This document shows positions 9,155-19,648 of a stretch of DNA of 64,000 nucleotides, piece after piece. Every line of letters starts with the position of its first letter. Position 1 is the first letter of the stretch. Source of the stretch: Candidatus Anaeroferrophillus wilburensis (lineage in GTDB: Bacteria > Desulfobacterota > Anaeroferrophillalia > Anaeroferrophillales > Anaeroferrophillaceae). The stretch covers positions 4,361-68,360 of the forward strand of contig JAFGSY010000045.1 in NCBI GenBank assembly GCA_016934315.1, written 5' to 3'. The notes beneath the pieces are model-generated. The model was not told where the DNA came from. It did no database searches and saw only the letters and a list, made by a program, of their open reading frames with translations. A program made the position numbers and the translations under genes.

Positions 9155-9769
9155 ATGGACTTGGTGAATTCGCTTGGCATTCTCCTTGGCAGTTCCTGGG
9201 GTTCCGGGGTTAATCTCTACCTGACTACCGCTGCCCTCGGCATCGCCCACCGGCTGGAGTGGATAAGCCTGCCAGGCAACCTGGAAACGCTGTCTCAGCC
9301 GCCGGTCATTTTTCTCGCCATCATGCTCTATCTGGTTGAATTTATCGCCGATAAAATCCCCTACATTGACTCTCTCTGGGACAGTGTCCATACTCTGATC
9401 CGACCCATTGGCGGCGCTGTCCTGGGCTATCTGGCCATGGGCGACTATGGCCCCCTGGCCCAGATACCGGCCGCCCTGACCACCGGTTCCATCGCCCTTG
9501 ATTCACACCTGACCAAGGCCACAACCAGGGCTGCCATCAATACTTCACCAGAGCCTTTCACCAACGCCATTGCCAGTGTAGCAGAAGATGTCTCAGTGGG
9601 TGGCATTCTCTTTCTGATGGTCACCTACCCGGCTATCACCATTCTGCTGGTTGCCCTTTTCCTGCTTTTTTCCTTTTGGTTTCTGAAAAAGATGGTTCGC
9701 TTTATCAAAGCCGTGTTCCACCCCAGCAGAAAGAGGCCACCGGTTGATCTCCAGCTATCATCGAGTTGA
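9155..9769 (+). CDS. DUF4126-family membrane protein
   Basis: 204 aa, four hydrophobic helices. Conserved LVEFIADKIPYIDSLWD region typical of DUF4126. Confidence 0.55.
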   Translation: MDLVNSLGILLGSSWGSGVNLYLTTAALGIAHRLEWISLPGNLETLSQPPVIFLAIMLYLVEFIADKIPYIDSLWDSVHTLIRPIGGAVLGYLAMGDYGPLAQIPAALTTGSIALDSHLTKATTRAAINTSPEPFTNAIASVAEDVSVGGILFLMVTYPAITILLVALFLLFSFWFLKKMVRFIKAVFHPSRKRPPVDLQLSSS

Positions 9770-9826
9770 TCACCCCGGCTGCAACAGCGGTAAAAACCAT
9801 AAAAATCATACAACGGGGAACTATCC

Positions 9827-10648
9827 ATGAAAGAGGTACAACGCCGGCTGCAACTGGCCCTGATGCTGTTTTTACTGGTGACGGCCATTGGTACGGTTGG
9901 CTTTATGGTCCTCGAAGAGCTCTCTTTCATTGACGCTTTCTACTTCAACATCGTTACCATGTCGACGGTGGGCTTTGGTGATATTCATCCGACGTCGGAA
10001 GTCGGCCGCCTCTTTGCCGTTTTTCTGATTATCATGGGCGGCGCTGCCTTTCTCGGGGTCATTGCCAACGCTACCGAAATGATCATTTTGCGAAAAGAAG
10101 CAGAAATGAGGATGCGGAAAGTAAACATGGTTCTCGGCGTCTTTTTCGCCGAAGTGGGCAATACGCTCCTCGAAATTTTCACCCCCCATGACCAAGAACT
10201 CGACAAGATCAAAGAACATCTTCTGATCAGCGCCGGCTGGTCAGCAAAAAACTTTGCTGCCGCTCGCACCATACTTGATCATCACCGGATAGACATTGAT
10301 ATGGACAGGCTGGAACTGGCTGATTTACGGATATTTTTGCACAGTAAGCGGGATTTCCTCGTGGGCCTGATGGAAAATCCCGTCTTGGTTGAACATGAGG
10401 AGTTCAGTGAGCTTCTGCTGGCCGTTTTCCATTTGCTGGATGAAATGGACAGCCGGGAATCCCTCATCGGCCTGCCGGCAACCGACCTGAAACATCTTAA
10501 CATCGATATCAACCGCGCCTACGGCAAGCTTACGGTGCAGTGGCTTGCCTACCTGGGACATCTCCGACAACAATACCCCTATCTGTTTTCATTGGCAGTT
10601 CGTAAAAATCCTTTTGACCCCAAGGCAAACCCCATCGTTGATCATTGA
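9827..10648 (+). CDS. two-TM potassium channel with C-terminal cytoplasmic domain
   Basis: TVGFGD selectivity-filter signature between two TM helices (ion_trans_2 architecture). Confidence 0.7.
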   Translation: MKEVQRRLQLALMLFLLVTAIGTVGFMVLEELSFIDAFYFNIVTMSTVGFGDIHPTSEVGRLFAVFLIIMGGAAFLGVIANATEMIILRKEAEMRMRKVNMVLGVFFAEVGNTLLEIFTPHDQELDKIKEHLLISAGWSAKNFAAARTILDHHRIDIDMDRLELADLRIFLHSKRDFLVGLMENPVLVEHEEFSELLLAVFHLLDEMDSRESLIGLPATDLKHLNIDINRAYGKLTVQWLAYLGHLRQQYPYLFSLAVRKNPFDPKANPIVDH

Positions 10649-10779
10649 AACACTGATAGGCTGAAAAACGTCAAAAAAAATTTGCATATTGGCATTTCTC
10701 TGCCTATACTTTCTCTATGCTTGCAACCTTATGGTCACCCGCCTTAACAACCTAATAGTATCTGAATCCAGGAGGTAGC

Positions 10780-12147
10780 ATGAAAGCTGCAAAACTTTTT
10801 TTGAGCATAATTATTCTGTTACTCACTATACTGTTGATGCTGCCAACCTCTGGACAGGCACTGGATGAGCAGGACGCTGGAACCGCTGAACTATATACCA
10901 AAGAACAGCTTGCCCAGATGCTGGCGCCCATCGCCCTCTACCCCGACGCCCTGCTGTCCCAAGTTCTGATGGCCTCAACCTATCCCCTTGAAATCATTGA
11001 AGCAGACCGCTGGATCGGCAAAAACCAAAAACTGACCGGCGACGACCTTGATGCAAAACTGCAGGATAAGGATTGGGACCCAAGCGTCAAAGCTCTCTGC
11101 CATTTCCCGTCACTCCTGGCGCTGATGAGCGAAAAGATTACCGAAACCACCAACCTGGGGAATGCCTTCCTGGCCCAGGAAGACCAAGTCATTGACACCA
11201 TTCAGCAACTCAGGACAGAAGCTCACAAACAGGGGAACCTTACCTCCGATGAGAAACAGAAGGTGATAGTAAAAAAGGAAGTCATTGTCATCGAACCGGC
11301 AGACCCGGGAATTGTCTATGTCCCCTACTATAATTCCCTCCGCATCTACGGCAGCTGGTGGTACCCTTACTATCCGCCTTATTACTGGGGTCCGGGGGGG
11401 AGGCTGATCATCGGTGCCGGAATTTCCTTCTGGCCTGGACCCTTTATCAGTTTTTCCCTCATTTCATGGAGTACCATTGACTGGTATCGGCGGGTTATCT
11501 TCATCGACATCCACCAACGACCGCGATTTTTCAGGCATGATGAATGGCGAGCCAAACCGGGAATCTGGTATCATGCCCCTGTACACCGGCGGGGGGTAGC
11601 CTATCGCGACAAGCCAACCGCCCGCAAATATGGCAGACCAACCCTTCACCAGCAGGTTTTCAGACGGGATATCCGAGGCTTCCCCGAACCGGCGGCTAGT
11701 GCAAGACGCAATCCTCCTGACATCCGAAAAAGCACCCCCGTTATCAGTCGGAAAGAAGTGAGCAAAGACAAGGATAGCCGTAACCTGCAGGAAGAAAAGG
11801 TCAGGGAAAAAGAAAAACTTGACCTTGGACGAGTTAAAGAAAAACAAAGCCCTGCTAGCCAGGAAAAAAGAATCATGGAGAAGTTAAGCCGCAGCAGGCA
11901 GGAAGAGAAGCTCATGAAGGAGCAAAATCTTGACCTACGGAAAAGGAGACCTGCCATCCGTGACACTTCTCCCCCGAAAGTCAGACAAGGTGACCGGGAT
12001 GATGAACGCCCCTTCAGCATCATGGGTGACGGCCGTGATGAACGCCGGTCAAGCCAGCGGGGCAGCGTGAGCCGTAAAAGCCAGCGGAGTGTGACCCCCG
12101 GCGACGGCCGGACCGGTGGTCGCAACATGGGGCAGCGGAAACGATAA
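10780..12147 (+). CDS. DUF3300-family secreted protein with long basic low-complexity C-terminal tail
   Basis: Signal peptide. LLAPIALYPDALLSQVLMASTYPLEIIEADRW repeats typical of DUF3300. C-terminal third R/K/E/S-rich. Confidence 0.6.
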   Translation: MKAAKLFLSIIILLLTILLMLPTSGQALDEQDAGTAELYTKEQLAQMLAPIALYPDALLSQVLMASTYPLEIIEADRWIGKNQKLTGDDLDAKLQDKDWDPSVKALCHFPSLLALMSEKITETTNLGNAFLAQEDQVIDTIQQLRTEAHKQGNLTSDEKQKVIVKKEVIVIEPADPGIVYVPYYNSLRIYGSWWYPYYPPYYWGPGGRLIIGAGISFWPGPFISFSLISWSTIDWYRRVIFIDIHQRPRFFRHDEWRAKPGIWYHAPVHRRGVAYRDKPTARKYGRPTLHQQVFRRDIRGFPEPAASARRNPPDIRKSTPVISRKEVSKDKDSRNLQEEKVREKEKLDLGRVKEKQSPASQEKRIMEKLSRSRQEEKLMKEQNLDLRKRRPAIRDTSPPKVRQGDRDDERPFSIMGDGRDERRSSQRGSVSRKSQRSVTPGDGRTGGRNMGQRKR

Positions 12148-12195
12148 CTCCGGGAACAAGCTTCCTGAGGTTTTAGCATAAGGAGAAAAATAGCG

Positions 12196-13179
12196 ATGAT
12201 ACGACAAGGTCTATGCGAATCAAGGAAACGATGGTTTTTTCCTTATCCGACGGTAATTCTTCTGGTGGGGATCGTACTCACCTGCCTCATTGGGGCAACT
12301 CCCGCGGTAGCCACGGAGCAAAAAGTCTTCATCTCTCCACCGGAAGCAGTGCAGGCCCTTGTTAATGCGGTGAGTGATAATAATAATGTTGAGCTGCTTG
12401 CTATTCTAGGTCCTGAAGCCGAGGATTTGATATATTCCGGCGACCCGGTTGCCGACCAGAAGCGCAAAGCGCGTTTTCTCAGCGTATTCAACGAGCAACA
12501 TCACTTTGAACATGAAGGAGACACCAAGGCCATCCTCATTATAGGCAGCCAGAACTACCCGTTTCCCATCCCCATCACACAGCAGGGAAACGTCTGGATT
12601 TTCGACACTGCGGCCGGCAGGGAGGAGATTCTCAACCGCCGGATTGGCAGAAACGAGCTGTGCACCATCAAAGTACTCCAGGCCTATATTGACGCTCAGC
12701 GCGAATACGCCGCCGTGGATCGCAATTCCGACGGCTATCCCGAGTTCGCCCAACAGTTTGCCAGCAGCAAGGGCCGCAAAGACGGCCTCTACTGGGAAAC
12801 CGGCAAGGGAGAACAGGAAAGTCCTTTCGGCCCCTTGATTGCCCGGGCCACCCTTCAGGGCTATGCGGGCAGCTTCAAACAACATCAGCGTTCAGAACCA
12901 TTCCACGGCTATTATTACAAGATCCTCAAAGCCCAGGGCCCCCATGCCAACGGCGGCGCCTTTGATTATATCGTCAAAGGGAACATGATCCTCGGCTTTG
13001 CCCTAGTGGCCTACCCTGCCAAATACGGCTCATCGGGGATTATGACCTTTATGGTCAACCATGAGGGCGATATCTATGAAAAAGACCTCGGCATAAACTC
13101 TGCTGCTGTCGCCGGCGCAATGACTCTCTTTGACCCCGATGAAACCTGGCAGCGGTGTCAGGAAGTTGCCGAACGATAG
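12196..13179 (+). CDS. DUF2950-family secreted protein
   Basis: 327 aa with signal/anchor. Conserved pairing with DUF3300 genes in many genomes. GYYYKILKAQGPHANGGAFDY region. Confidence 0.6.
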   Translation: MIRQGLCESRKRWFFPYPTVILLVGIVLTCLIGATPAVATEQKVFISPPEAVQALVNAVSDNNNVELLAILGPEAEDLIYSGDPVADQKRKARFLSVFNEQHHFEHEGDTKAILIIGSQNYPFPIPITQQGNVWIFDTAAGREEILNRRIGRNELCTIKVLQAYIDAQREYAAVDRNSDGYPEFAQQFASSKGRKDGLYWETGKGEQESPFGPLIARATLQGYAGSFKQHQRSEPFHGYYYKILKAQGPHANGGAFDYIVKGNMILGFALVAYPAKYGSSGIMTFMVNHEGDIYEKDLGINSAAVAGAMTLFDPDETWQRCQEVAER

Positions 13180-13231
13180 AACGGTCAGACTTTTTTCAGC
13201 CACCAGGGTATGGCAGATTTTAGTCATGCAG

Positions 13232-13272
13232 CTTGTACGCCACCGGGAAAAATCCCACCGGTGGCGTACAAG
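13232..13272. repeat. perfect 15-bp inverted repeat (cttgtacgccaccgg / ccggtggcgtacaag) with 11-nt loop
   Basis: Read directly. Downstream of DUF2950 gene. No U-tract. Confidence 0.85.
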
Positions 13273-13450
13273 CGAGCGGCACTCACCCAACATGCCCCCT
13301 GGCAAACATCAAACCAACCGCCAACCGGCAATCAGTCGGTTTCATCCGCGAACTCCAAGATTCCTGGTCACTCATCAATCCTGATTATCTCCTTTTTTTA
13401 TATCACTGGCAACCCTTGCCAAACCGATACCTGACAATTATACTAAGATT

Positions 13451-14446
13451 ATGAAGACTGCCCTAGTTATGGTCATTATGATACTACCTGTGGGCAGCCT
13501 GGCTGAAGGTCTTCTCTACCGGGAGGTCAACCTACTGGCGGGCTACCGTCACGAAGAAAAGGTGATCTCCACGTTCAATGAGAGGATGAAAAACTCCATC
13601 GGCATGGAGTATTTCCATCCATTTGCCAATGATTATGGCGATTTTTTGACCGGCGACCTGCAGCTGCGGCTCTCCTACGACAGCACCACTGAGCGTCAGG
13701 ACGCTTGGGCCCTTGAGGTCCACAGCGCCTGGCTTGAGTACCGGCCCGGCTTGGGGAAAGCCTTCACGGTAGGCCATTTTACCCCGCCTTTCGGTCTTGA
13801 GACGGCGCTCGACACCCACAGCACCCTGCACCAGACCCTGGCAAGCCATGCCATCGGCTTCAAAAAAGACTGGGGCCTTGCCTACCGCTCTTTTGTGGGA
13901 CGCTATAACTGGCAGACGGCTGTCCAGCTAGGCTCGGGAATGGGCCTCGAGCATCGCCATGGCAGCTATCTGCTCAGCACGCGGATCAGCACCACCGTTG
14001 CTGACGCCGGCCGCTACGGCCTGTCACTGATGACCGGCAACACCCTGACGACGGAGCAGTTTCGCACCCTGCCTGCCCCTGAATGGGGAGTCAAAAGCGT
14101 TGAAAAAAAGGGGATTGCCCTGGATTGGGAGCAGACACTCGGCATTACCATCCTGCGGGGCGAACTCCATATGGGAAGACGGGAATCAGCCACCACCGCC
14201 GGCGTGATGACCGAGTGGCTGACGGCCATTCCGGATTTCCAGGAGATTACCTTGAAAATCCAGGGGTTCTACTGGACGGATGACTGGCAGAAAAAGGCCG
14301 GCCGAACCCTGACCCTGTTTCCGGTGGCTGAATACCGCCTGAGCAACACCACCACCATCCGCCTCGGTTATGCCCATGAATTCAGCTCAACGGCCCAGGA
14401 GAAAGACCGCCTGTTGCTGCTGCAACTGTATTACTACGGACAATAA
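13451..14446 (+). CDS. predicted outer-membrane beta-barrel protein
   Basis: Signal peptide. Alternating hydrophobic beta-strand pattern. C-terminal aromatic-rich end LLQLYYYGQ typical of OM beta-barrels. Confidence 0.45.
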   Translation: MKTALVMVIMILPVGSLAEGLLYREVNLLAGYRHEEKVISTFNERMKNSIGMEYFHPFANDYGDFLTGDLQLRLSYDSTTERQDAWALEVHSAWLEYRPGLGKAFTVGHFTPPFGLETALDTHSTLHQTLASHAIGFKKDWGLAYRSFVGRYNWQTAVQLGSGMGLEHRHGSYLLSTRISTTVADAGRYGLSLMTGNTLTTEQFRTLPAPEWGVKSVEKKGIALDWEQTLGITILRGELHMGRRESATTAGVMTEWLTAIPDFQEITLKIQGFYWTDDWQKKAGRTLTLFPVAEYRLSNTTTIRLGYAHEFSSTAQEKDRLLLLQLYYYGQ

Positions 14447-14459
14447 GGGGACAATCGCC

Positions 14460-15116
14460 ATGAGCAGTAGAATAAGAGCCTCACTCCTTCTGCCGGCAAT
14501 GGCCGGCTGGCTGCTGCTGAGCTGCCCGGCCCTGGCGGCGGTGGGCTGCACCCTGAACAATCCCGACCGGGATATCATCAGGATTTTTCCCGCCGCCACC
14601 AACTACCGCACCGAATTTATCTCTATCCAGGATCGGGGCGGGGCAATCCTGGCGGCCAAGATTGAAAAGAAGCTCGGCGACCGGCTTGATCCCCACTACG
14701 AAAGCCTTGATGTCCCCTATGCCTATTACACTGTTCTCCAGGGAGGAAAAACCATCGGCTATGTCCACGGGGTTAATCAAAAAGGCACCTATGGCGGCCT
14801 GCAGCTTATTCTGGCCACCGACCCGCAAGGGGTGATCAGGAATTTCTACTACCAGAAAATATCCTCGCCGGAGGCCAGGCTTTTCAGAGACCGGCATTTT
14901 ACCAGCCAGTTTCTCGGCCTGACCCTGGCTGACTTCTTTCAGGACAGGGCGGCAGCCATCATCAGGGATCCCAGCACCGCAAGCTCGGCAGATTTTGCGG
15001 CCACCATGAGAGGAATAATGAAAAATCTGATTCTCCTGGATGAATTCAAACTGCAGCATATCCATGACCAAAAAGCCAAAACTTCCCAGCCAGCCACTGG
15101 AGGACGCCATGAATAA
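14460..15116 (+). CDS. FMN-binding-domain (FMN_bind-like) lipoprotein/periplasmic protein
   Basis: Start chosen at MSSRIRASLLLPAMAGWLLLSC (signal with LLSC lipobox-like) to avoid overlap with the upstream gene. Central region resembles FMN_bind domains. Confidence 0.45.
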   Translation: MSSRIRASLLLPAMAGWLLLSCPALAAVGCTLNNPDRDIIRIFPAATNYRTEFISIQDRGGAILAAKIEKKLGDRLDPHYESLDVPYAYYTVLQGGKTIGYVHGVNQKGTYGGLQLILATDPQGVIRNFYYQKISSPEARLFRDRHFTSQFLGLTLADFFQDRAAAIIRDPSTASSADFAATMRGIMKNLILLDEFKLQHIHDQKAKTSQPATGGRHE

Positions 15117-15486
15117 AAAATCCCTGCTCACCATCATTCTTTTGCTTCTGGGCCTGTTGATTCTTTCCGCTGGCTGTGGGCAGCAAAGCGAAACCTTCGG
15201 GCAGCATAGCGACCGCACGGCAACAACGGTCTCCATCGGCGAGTTGTTGACCAATCCCGCCGGGCACCAGAACCAGACCGTGGTTATTGAGGGTAAAATT
15301 CTGCGGGAATGCCCAACCGGCTGCTGGTTTGACCTTGCCGAAGGCAATGCCGTCATCTATGTCGACATCGAGCCGTCGGGCCTGGCCATTCCCCAGCGGA
15401 TTGGCAAAACCGCCCAGGTTATCGGAACCGTGAAAAGCAACGGGCCGCAGGTTTCCATTATCGGCAAGGGAGTGAAAATCCGATGA
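15109..15486 (+). CDS. small lipoprotein with CPTGC motif
   Basis: Start MNKKSLLTIILLLLGLLILSAGC (lipobox LSAGC) preceded by GGAGGA RBS. 8-bp overlap with upstream gene. Conserved CPTGCWFDL. Confidence 0.45.
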   Translation: MNKKSLLTIILLLLGLLILSAGCGQQSETFGQHSDRTATTVSIGELLTNPAGHQNQTVVIEGKILRECPTGCWFDLAEGNAVIYVDIEPSGLAIPQRIGKTAQVIGTVKSNGPQVSIIGKGVKIR

Positions 15487-16667
15487 ACCTGTTCACCTTC
15501 GCCTGCCGCAACCTGGCCCGCAAGAAGATCCGTACCCTGCTAACCATGGGGGGGGGCTCCCTGGCGGTGGCCGTCCTGGTCAGCCTCATGGGCTTCGGCC
15601 GGGGCTACCGCCAATCGCTGTCAGCCACCATTGACCGCATGGGCTACCAGCTGCTGGTAACCGCCAAGGGCTGTCCCTACGAAGCGGCCACCCTGATGCT
15701 TAAAGGGGGCAGCGGTCTGCGTTACATGGATGCCGGCATCTACGAAAAAATCAGTCATGATGCCCGGGTCAAACATCTTTCCCCCCAGTTGGTGGCCACC
15801 GTTTATGATCCTGACCGGCTGGACGGCCAGGGTGGTTTTTCCCTGTATATGGGCATCACCGACGACTATCTGAAGCTGAAGCCCTGGTCGACCTTCCAGG
15901 ACGGTCAATGGTTTTCCCAGCCAAACGCCGAAGAGGTGATCATGGGCTACGAAGCTGCCGAAGTGGAACAACGGCTGGTGGGCGACCAGATCTTTATTCC
16001 AAAACTGGACCGGGTACTCCGGGTGGTGGGAATTTTTAAACGCACCGGCACCCAGGATGACGGGATCATTTTTCTGCCCCTGAAAACCGCCCAACAGCTT
16101 TTCGGCCTGCCGGACAAACTCACCGGGGTCGGCATCAAACTGAAAGAGCTCCAGGAGTTAACCGCCTTTGAAGAAGATCTCTACAACGAGCCTGGCATCC
16201 AGGTGATCAGCATGTCCCAGGTGCGCGGCACAATCCTCAACCTGATCTCCTCAGCCCGGGTAATGGCCAACTCGGTAGCCCTGGTCGCCATATTCATCGC
16301 CGCCATCGGGGTCATCAATACCATTCTCATGTCGGTTTTTGAAAGAACCCGGGAGATTGGCATCATCAAAGCCCTGGGGGCTTCGCGACTCGAGGTTTTT
16401 GAGCTTATCTGGGCCGAAACCATGCTGGTCTGCCTGATGGGCGGCCTGGGAGGAATGGTCATTGCATTGGCCGGTAGCCGCGGCATCGAGGGAATGATCA
16501 AGCGAATCCTGCCCTATACCCCACCAGGGAAGTTGGTAATGATCGAGCCTGTGGTTCTGATGCTTGCTTTTGCTGGCACCCTAATCCTGGGATTGCTGGC
16601 CGGCCTCTATCCAGCCTGGCGGGCTTCCTCCATGATGCCGGTCAAAGCCATCAGGTCAACGGAGTAA
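15483..16667 (+). CDS. ABC transporter permease, FtsX/MacB-like
   Basis: 394 aa. N-terminal TM, large periplasmic loop, C-terminal 3 TM with FERTREIGIIKALGA signature of FtsX-family permeases. Start overlaps upstream stop. Confidence 0.8.
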   Translation: MNLFTFACRNLARKKIRTLLTMGGGSLAVAVLVSLMGFGRGYRQSLSATIDRMGYQLLVTAKGCPYEAATLMLKGGSGLRYMDAGIYEKISHDARVKHLSPQLVATVYDPDRLDGQGGFSLYMGITDDYLKLKPWSTFQDGQWFSQPNAEEVIMGYEAAEVEQRLVGDQIFIPKLDRVLRVVGIFKRTGTQDDGIIFLPLKTAQQLFGLPDKLTGVGIKLKELQELTAFEEDLYNEPGIQVISMSQVRGTILNLISSARVMANSVALVAIFIAAIGVINTILMSVFERTREIGIIKALGASRLEVFELIWAETMLVCLMGGLGGMVIALAGSRGIEGMIKRILPYTPPGKLVMIEPVVLMLAFAGTLILGLLAGLYPAWRASSMMPVKAIRSTE

Positions 16668-16670
16668 CCC

Positions 16671-17345
16671 ATGTCGGAGATCCTGATCAGGACAGCAAAG
16701 CTGAAAAAAATCTTTCACTTGGCCGCCGAACAGGTTGCTGCGGTTGACGGCGTCGACCTGTTGGTCAACAAAGGGGATTTTGTTGCCCTTCTGGGTCCCT
16801 CAGGGTCAGGTAAAACAACCCTGCTGGACATGCTCGGCTGCCTCGACCAGCCCACCTCAGGCATCCTTGAGGTGCTGGGCACCAAGGTCACCGGACTGCC
16901 GGAACATGAGCTGGTCAACCTGCGCCGGGGGCGGATCGGCTTTGTCTTTCAGGATTTTTCCCTGGTACCGACCCTGACCGCCAGGGAAAACCTGCTGCTG
17001 GCCGCCCGTCTCAGCCGGAGAACAACCAATGGTAAAAAAATCGATAAAGCCCTCGCCATGGTCGGCCTGGCGGGCCGCGGCAGTCACCTGCCCCGCCAGC
17101 TTTCCGGCGGCGAAAAACAGCGGGTGGCCATCGCCCGGGCACTGCTGATCGAACCGGAAATCCTCATCGCTGACGAGCCCACCGGCCAGCTGGACTCGGA
17201 AAATTCCCGGATGATCTTCGCCCTCCTGCAGCAGTTGAACCACGATCAGATCCTCACTGTCATCGTTGCCACCCATGACCTGGCCCTGGGTGAATTAGCC
17301 GGGCAGCGCATGTTCCTCCGTGATGGCCGAATTATCAAAAGATAA
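16671..17345 (+). CDS. ABC transporter ATP-binding protein (MacB/LolD-like)
   Basis: Walker [10 protein letters not shown], signature [15 protein letters not shown], Walker B ILIADEPT. Confidence 0.85.
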   Translation: MSEILIRTAKLKKIFHLAAEQVAAVDGVDLLVNKGDFVALLGPSGSGKTTLLDMLGCLDQPTSGILEVLGTKVTGLPEHELVNLRRGRIGFVFQDFSLVPTLTARENLLLAARLSRRTTNGKKIDKALAMVGLAGRGSHLPRQLSGGEKQRVAIARALLIEPEILIADEPTGQLDSENSRMIFALLQQLNHDQILTVIVATHDLALGELAGQRMFLRDGRIIKR

Positions 17346-17366
17346 CATGGTGTCAACCCTGCGGCA

Positions 17367-17403
17367 TAAAAAAGCGGTGCCTGTCGGGCACCGCTTTTTT
17401 ATT
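17367..17403. terminator. bidirectional rho-independent terminator between convergent ABC ATPase gene and sucD
   Basis: aaaaaagcggtgcc-tgtc-gggcaccgc-ttttttatt: GC stem flanked by an A-run and a T-run. Confidence 0.8.
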
Positions 17404-17419
17404 TCGGGAAAATAACAGC

Positions 17420-18292
17420 TCAGGGCTTCAGCACCTGAACCACCGCCTCTCCAATGTCGGCCGGGCTTTTCACCACTTCGATCCCGGCAGCGGTCATGGC
17501 GGCCATCTTTTCGGCCGCGGTGCCCTTGCCGCCGGCAATGATCGCTCCGGCATGGCCCATGCGCCGCCCCGGAGGCGCCGTCTGCCCGGCGATGAAGCCT
17601 ACCACCGGTTTGGTCATGCAGTTGCTGACAAAAGCAGCCGCTTCCTCCTCGGCGGAACCGCCGATTTCGCCAATCATCACCACCGCTTCGGTTTCCGGGT
17701 CCTCCTCAAACAGGGCCAGCAGATCGATAAACTGGCTGCCGATGATCGGGTCACCGCCGATGCCGATGCAGGTGGACTGCCCCAGACCCCGTTCGGTGAG
17801 CTGTTTCACCGCCTCATAGGTCAGGGTGCCGCTGCGGGAGATAAGACCAACTTTGCCCTTCAGGTGGATAAAGCCAGGCATGATGCCCACCTTGGCTTCA
17901 TCTGGGGTGATCACCCCTGGACAGTTGGGGCCGACCAGCCGGGTTTGGCCATCATCAAGGTAGGCTTTGGCCTTCACCATATCGACGGTGGGGATCCCTT
18001 CGGTGATGCAGACCACCAGGTCAACCCCGGCATCAGCAGCTTCCATGATCGCATCAGCAGCAAAGGGGGGCGGCACAAAAATCAGCGACACGTTGGCACC
18101 GGTCTGCTGGACGGCACTCTCAACGGTATTGAATACCGGAATACCATCCATATCCTGGCCGCCCTTTCCAGGGGTAACCCCGGCAACCACCTGGGTGCCA
18201 TAGGCTACACACTGGCGAGTATGGAACATCCCTTCCTGGCCGGTGATCCCCTGGACGAGAATTTTTGAATCTTTATTAACTAAGATGGACAT
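17420..18292 (-). CDS. sucD: succinyl-CoA synthetase subunit alpha
   Basis: 290 aa [27 protein letters not shown]... Canonical SucD N-terminus and CoA-binding/His-phosphorylation region. Confidence 0.9.
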   Translation of the reverse strand: MSILVNKDSKILVQGITGQEGMFHTRQCVAYGTQVVAGVTPGKGGQDMDGIPVFNTVESAVQQTGANVSLIFVPPPFAADAIMEAADAGVDLVVCITEGIPTVDMVKAKAYLDDGQTRLVGPNCPGVITPDEAKVGIMPGFIHLKGKVGLISRSGTLTYEAVKQLTERGLGQSTCIGIGGDPIIGSQFIDLLALFEEDPETEAVVMIGEIGGSAEEEAAAFVSNCMTKPVVGFIAGQTAPPGRRMGHAGAIIAGGKGTAAEKMAAMTAAGIEVVKSPADIGEAVVQVLKP

Positions 18293-18353
18293 GCTTTTCT
18301 ACCTCCTCATCAGACATTACGAGATCAGTACCAGCACCGTGCGGCAGCTGGAA

Positions 18354-19517
18354 CTACTGGATGGCGGCCACCACTTTCTGGGCCGCGTCCGCCAGGCCCC
18401 GGCCGACAATCATGTCGATACCGGATTCCTCGAGAATTTTTGAGGCCTCTTCGGCATTGGTGCCTTCCAAGCGCACCACCAGCGGTACTTTGATTTCCAC
18501 CTGCTTGGTCGCTTCGATAATACCGTTGGCAATCCGGTCACAGCGGACGATGCCACCGAAGATATTGATCAGCACCGCCTTGACATTGGGATCGGAGAGG
18601 ATAATACGAAAGGCGTTGGCCACCCCTTCGGCATTGGCGCCGCCCCCGACATCGAGGAAGTTCGCCGGCTCACCGCCGGCCAGCTTGATGATATCCATGG
18701 TCGCCATGGCCAGGCCGGCCCCATTGACCATGCAGCCCACATTGCCATCAAGCTTGATATAGTTGAGACCGAACTTGGATGCCTCGATCTCCAGAGGCTC
18801 CTCTTCGGAAAGATCCCTGAGTTCCGTCCAACTGTCCTTGTGCCGGTACTGGGCATTATCGTCAAAGTTTATTTTTGCATCAAGAGCCAGAACCCGGCCG
18901 TCACCGGTAACCACCAGCGGATTGATCTCCAGCAGCGAGCAGTCATTGGCTTCAAAGGCTTTGAAGAGATTGATGAACATCCGCGACGCCTGGCGCACCA
19001 GCTGGGCATCCAAGCCGAGTTTATAGGCAATTTTGGCCGCCTGGAACGGCCGCAGACCCAGGAGCGGATGAACATATTCCTTGACAATTTTTTCCGGGGT
19101 TTCGGCGGCCACCTTTTCGATCTCCATCCCCCCCTCGGTACTGGCCATGATCACCGGCTGATTGGTGGCCCGGTCAATGACAATCCCGAAGTAGTATTCC
19201 TTCTGGATATCCATCCCCTCTTCCACCAGCAGCCTTTTGACTTCCTTGCCTTCGGGACCGGTCTGGTGGGTCACCAGTTGCATGCCGAGAATCTGCTTGG
19301 CTGTTTCATGGGCTTCGTCGGGACCGTTGACCACCTTGACGCCGCCGCCCTTGCCCCGGCCGCCGGCATGAATCTGGGCCTTGACTACCACGGTGCCGCC
19401 GCCCAGATCGATCGCCGCCTGTTTAGCATCATCGACGGTGAAGACGGCAAATCCCCTCGGAACCTCAACCCCGAAGTCCCGCAACAGTGCCTTCGCCTGA
19501 TATTCATGAATTTTCAT
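18354..19517 (-). CDS. sucC: succinyl-CoA synthetase (ADP-forming) subunit beta
   Basis: 387 aa [22 protein letters not shown]... ATP-grasp N-terminus and C-terminal CoA-ligase domain. Confidence 0.9.
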   Translation of the reverse strand: MKIHEYQAKALLRDFGVEVPRGFAVFTVDDAKQAAIDLGGGTVVVKAQIHAGGRGKGGGVKVVNGPDEAHETAKQILGMQLVTHQTGPEGKEVKRLLVEEGMDIQKEYYFGIVIDRATNQPVIMASTEGGMEIEKVAAETPEKIVKEYVHPLLGLRPFQAAKIAYKLGLDAQLVRQASRMFINLFKAFEANDCSLLEINPLVVTGDGRVLALDAKINFDDNAQYRHKDSWTELRDLSEEEPLEIEASKFGLNYIKLDGNVGCMVNGAGLAMATMDIIKLAGGEPANFLDVGGGANAEGVANAFRIILSDPNVKAVLINIFGGIVRCDRIANGIIEATKQVEIKVPLVVRLEGTNAEEASKILEESGIDMIVGRGLADAAQKVVAAIQ

Positions 19518-19591
19518 ATATCCTCCCTTGTTAGCAGCAACGCGTGCCGTTGAAACACTGAGCTAGCAAACTCTGTACCGAATAGCAACAT

Positions 19592-19621
19592 AAAAGACGG
19601 GAGATACCACCCCGTCTTTTA
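19592..19621 (-). terminator. terminator-like hairpin between sdhA-like gene and sucC (possible attenuating read-through site)
   Basis: aaaagacggg-agataccacc-cccgtctttt. Stem with U-run on the minus strand directly after the sdhA stop. Confidence 0.4.
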
Positions 19622-19648
19622 TGCATCTGATCCTGCCCTTCAAGACCG

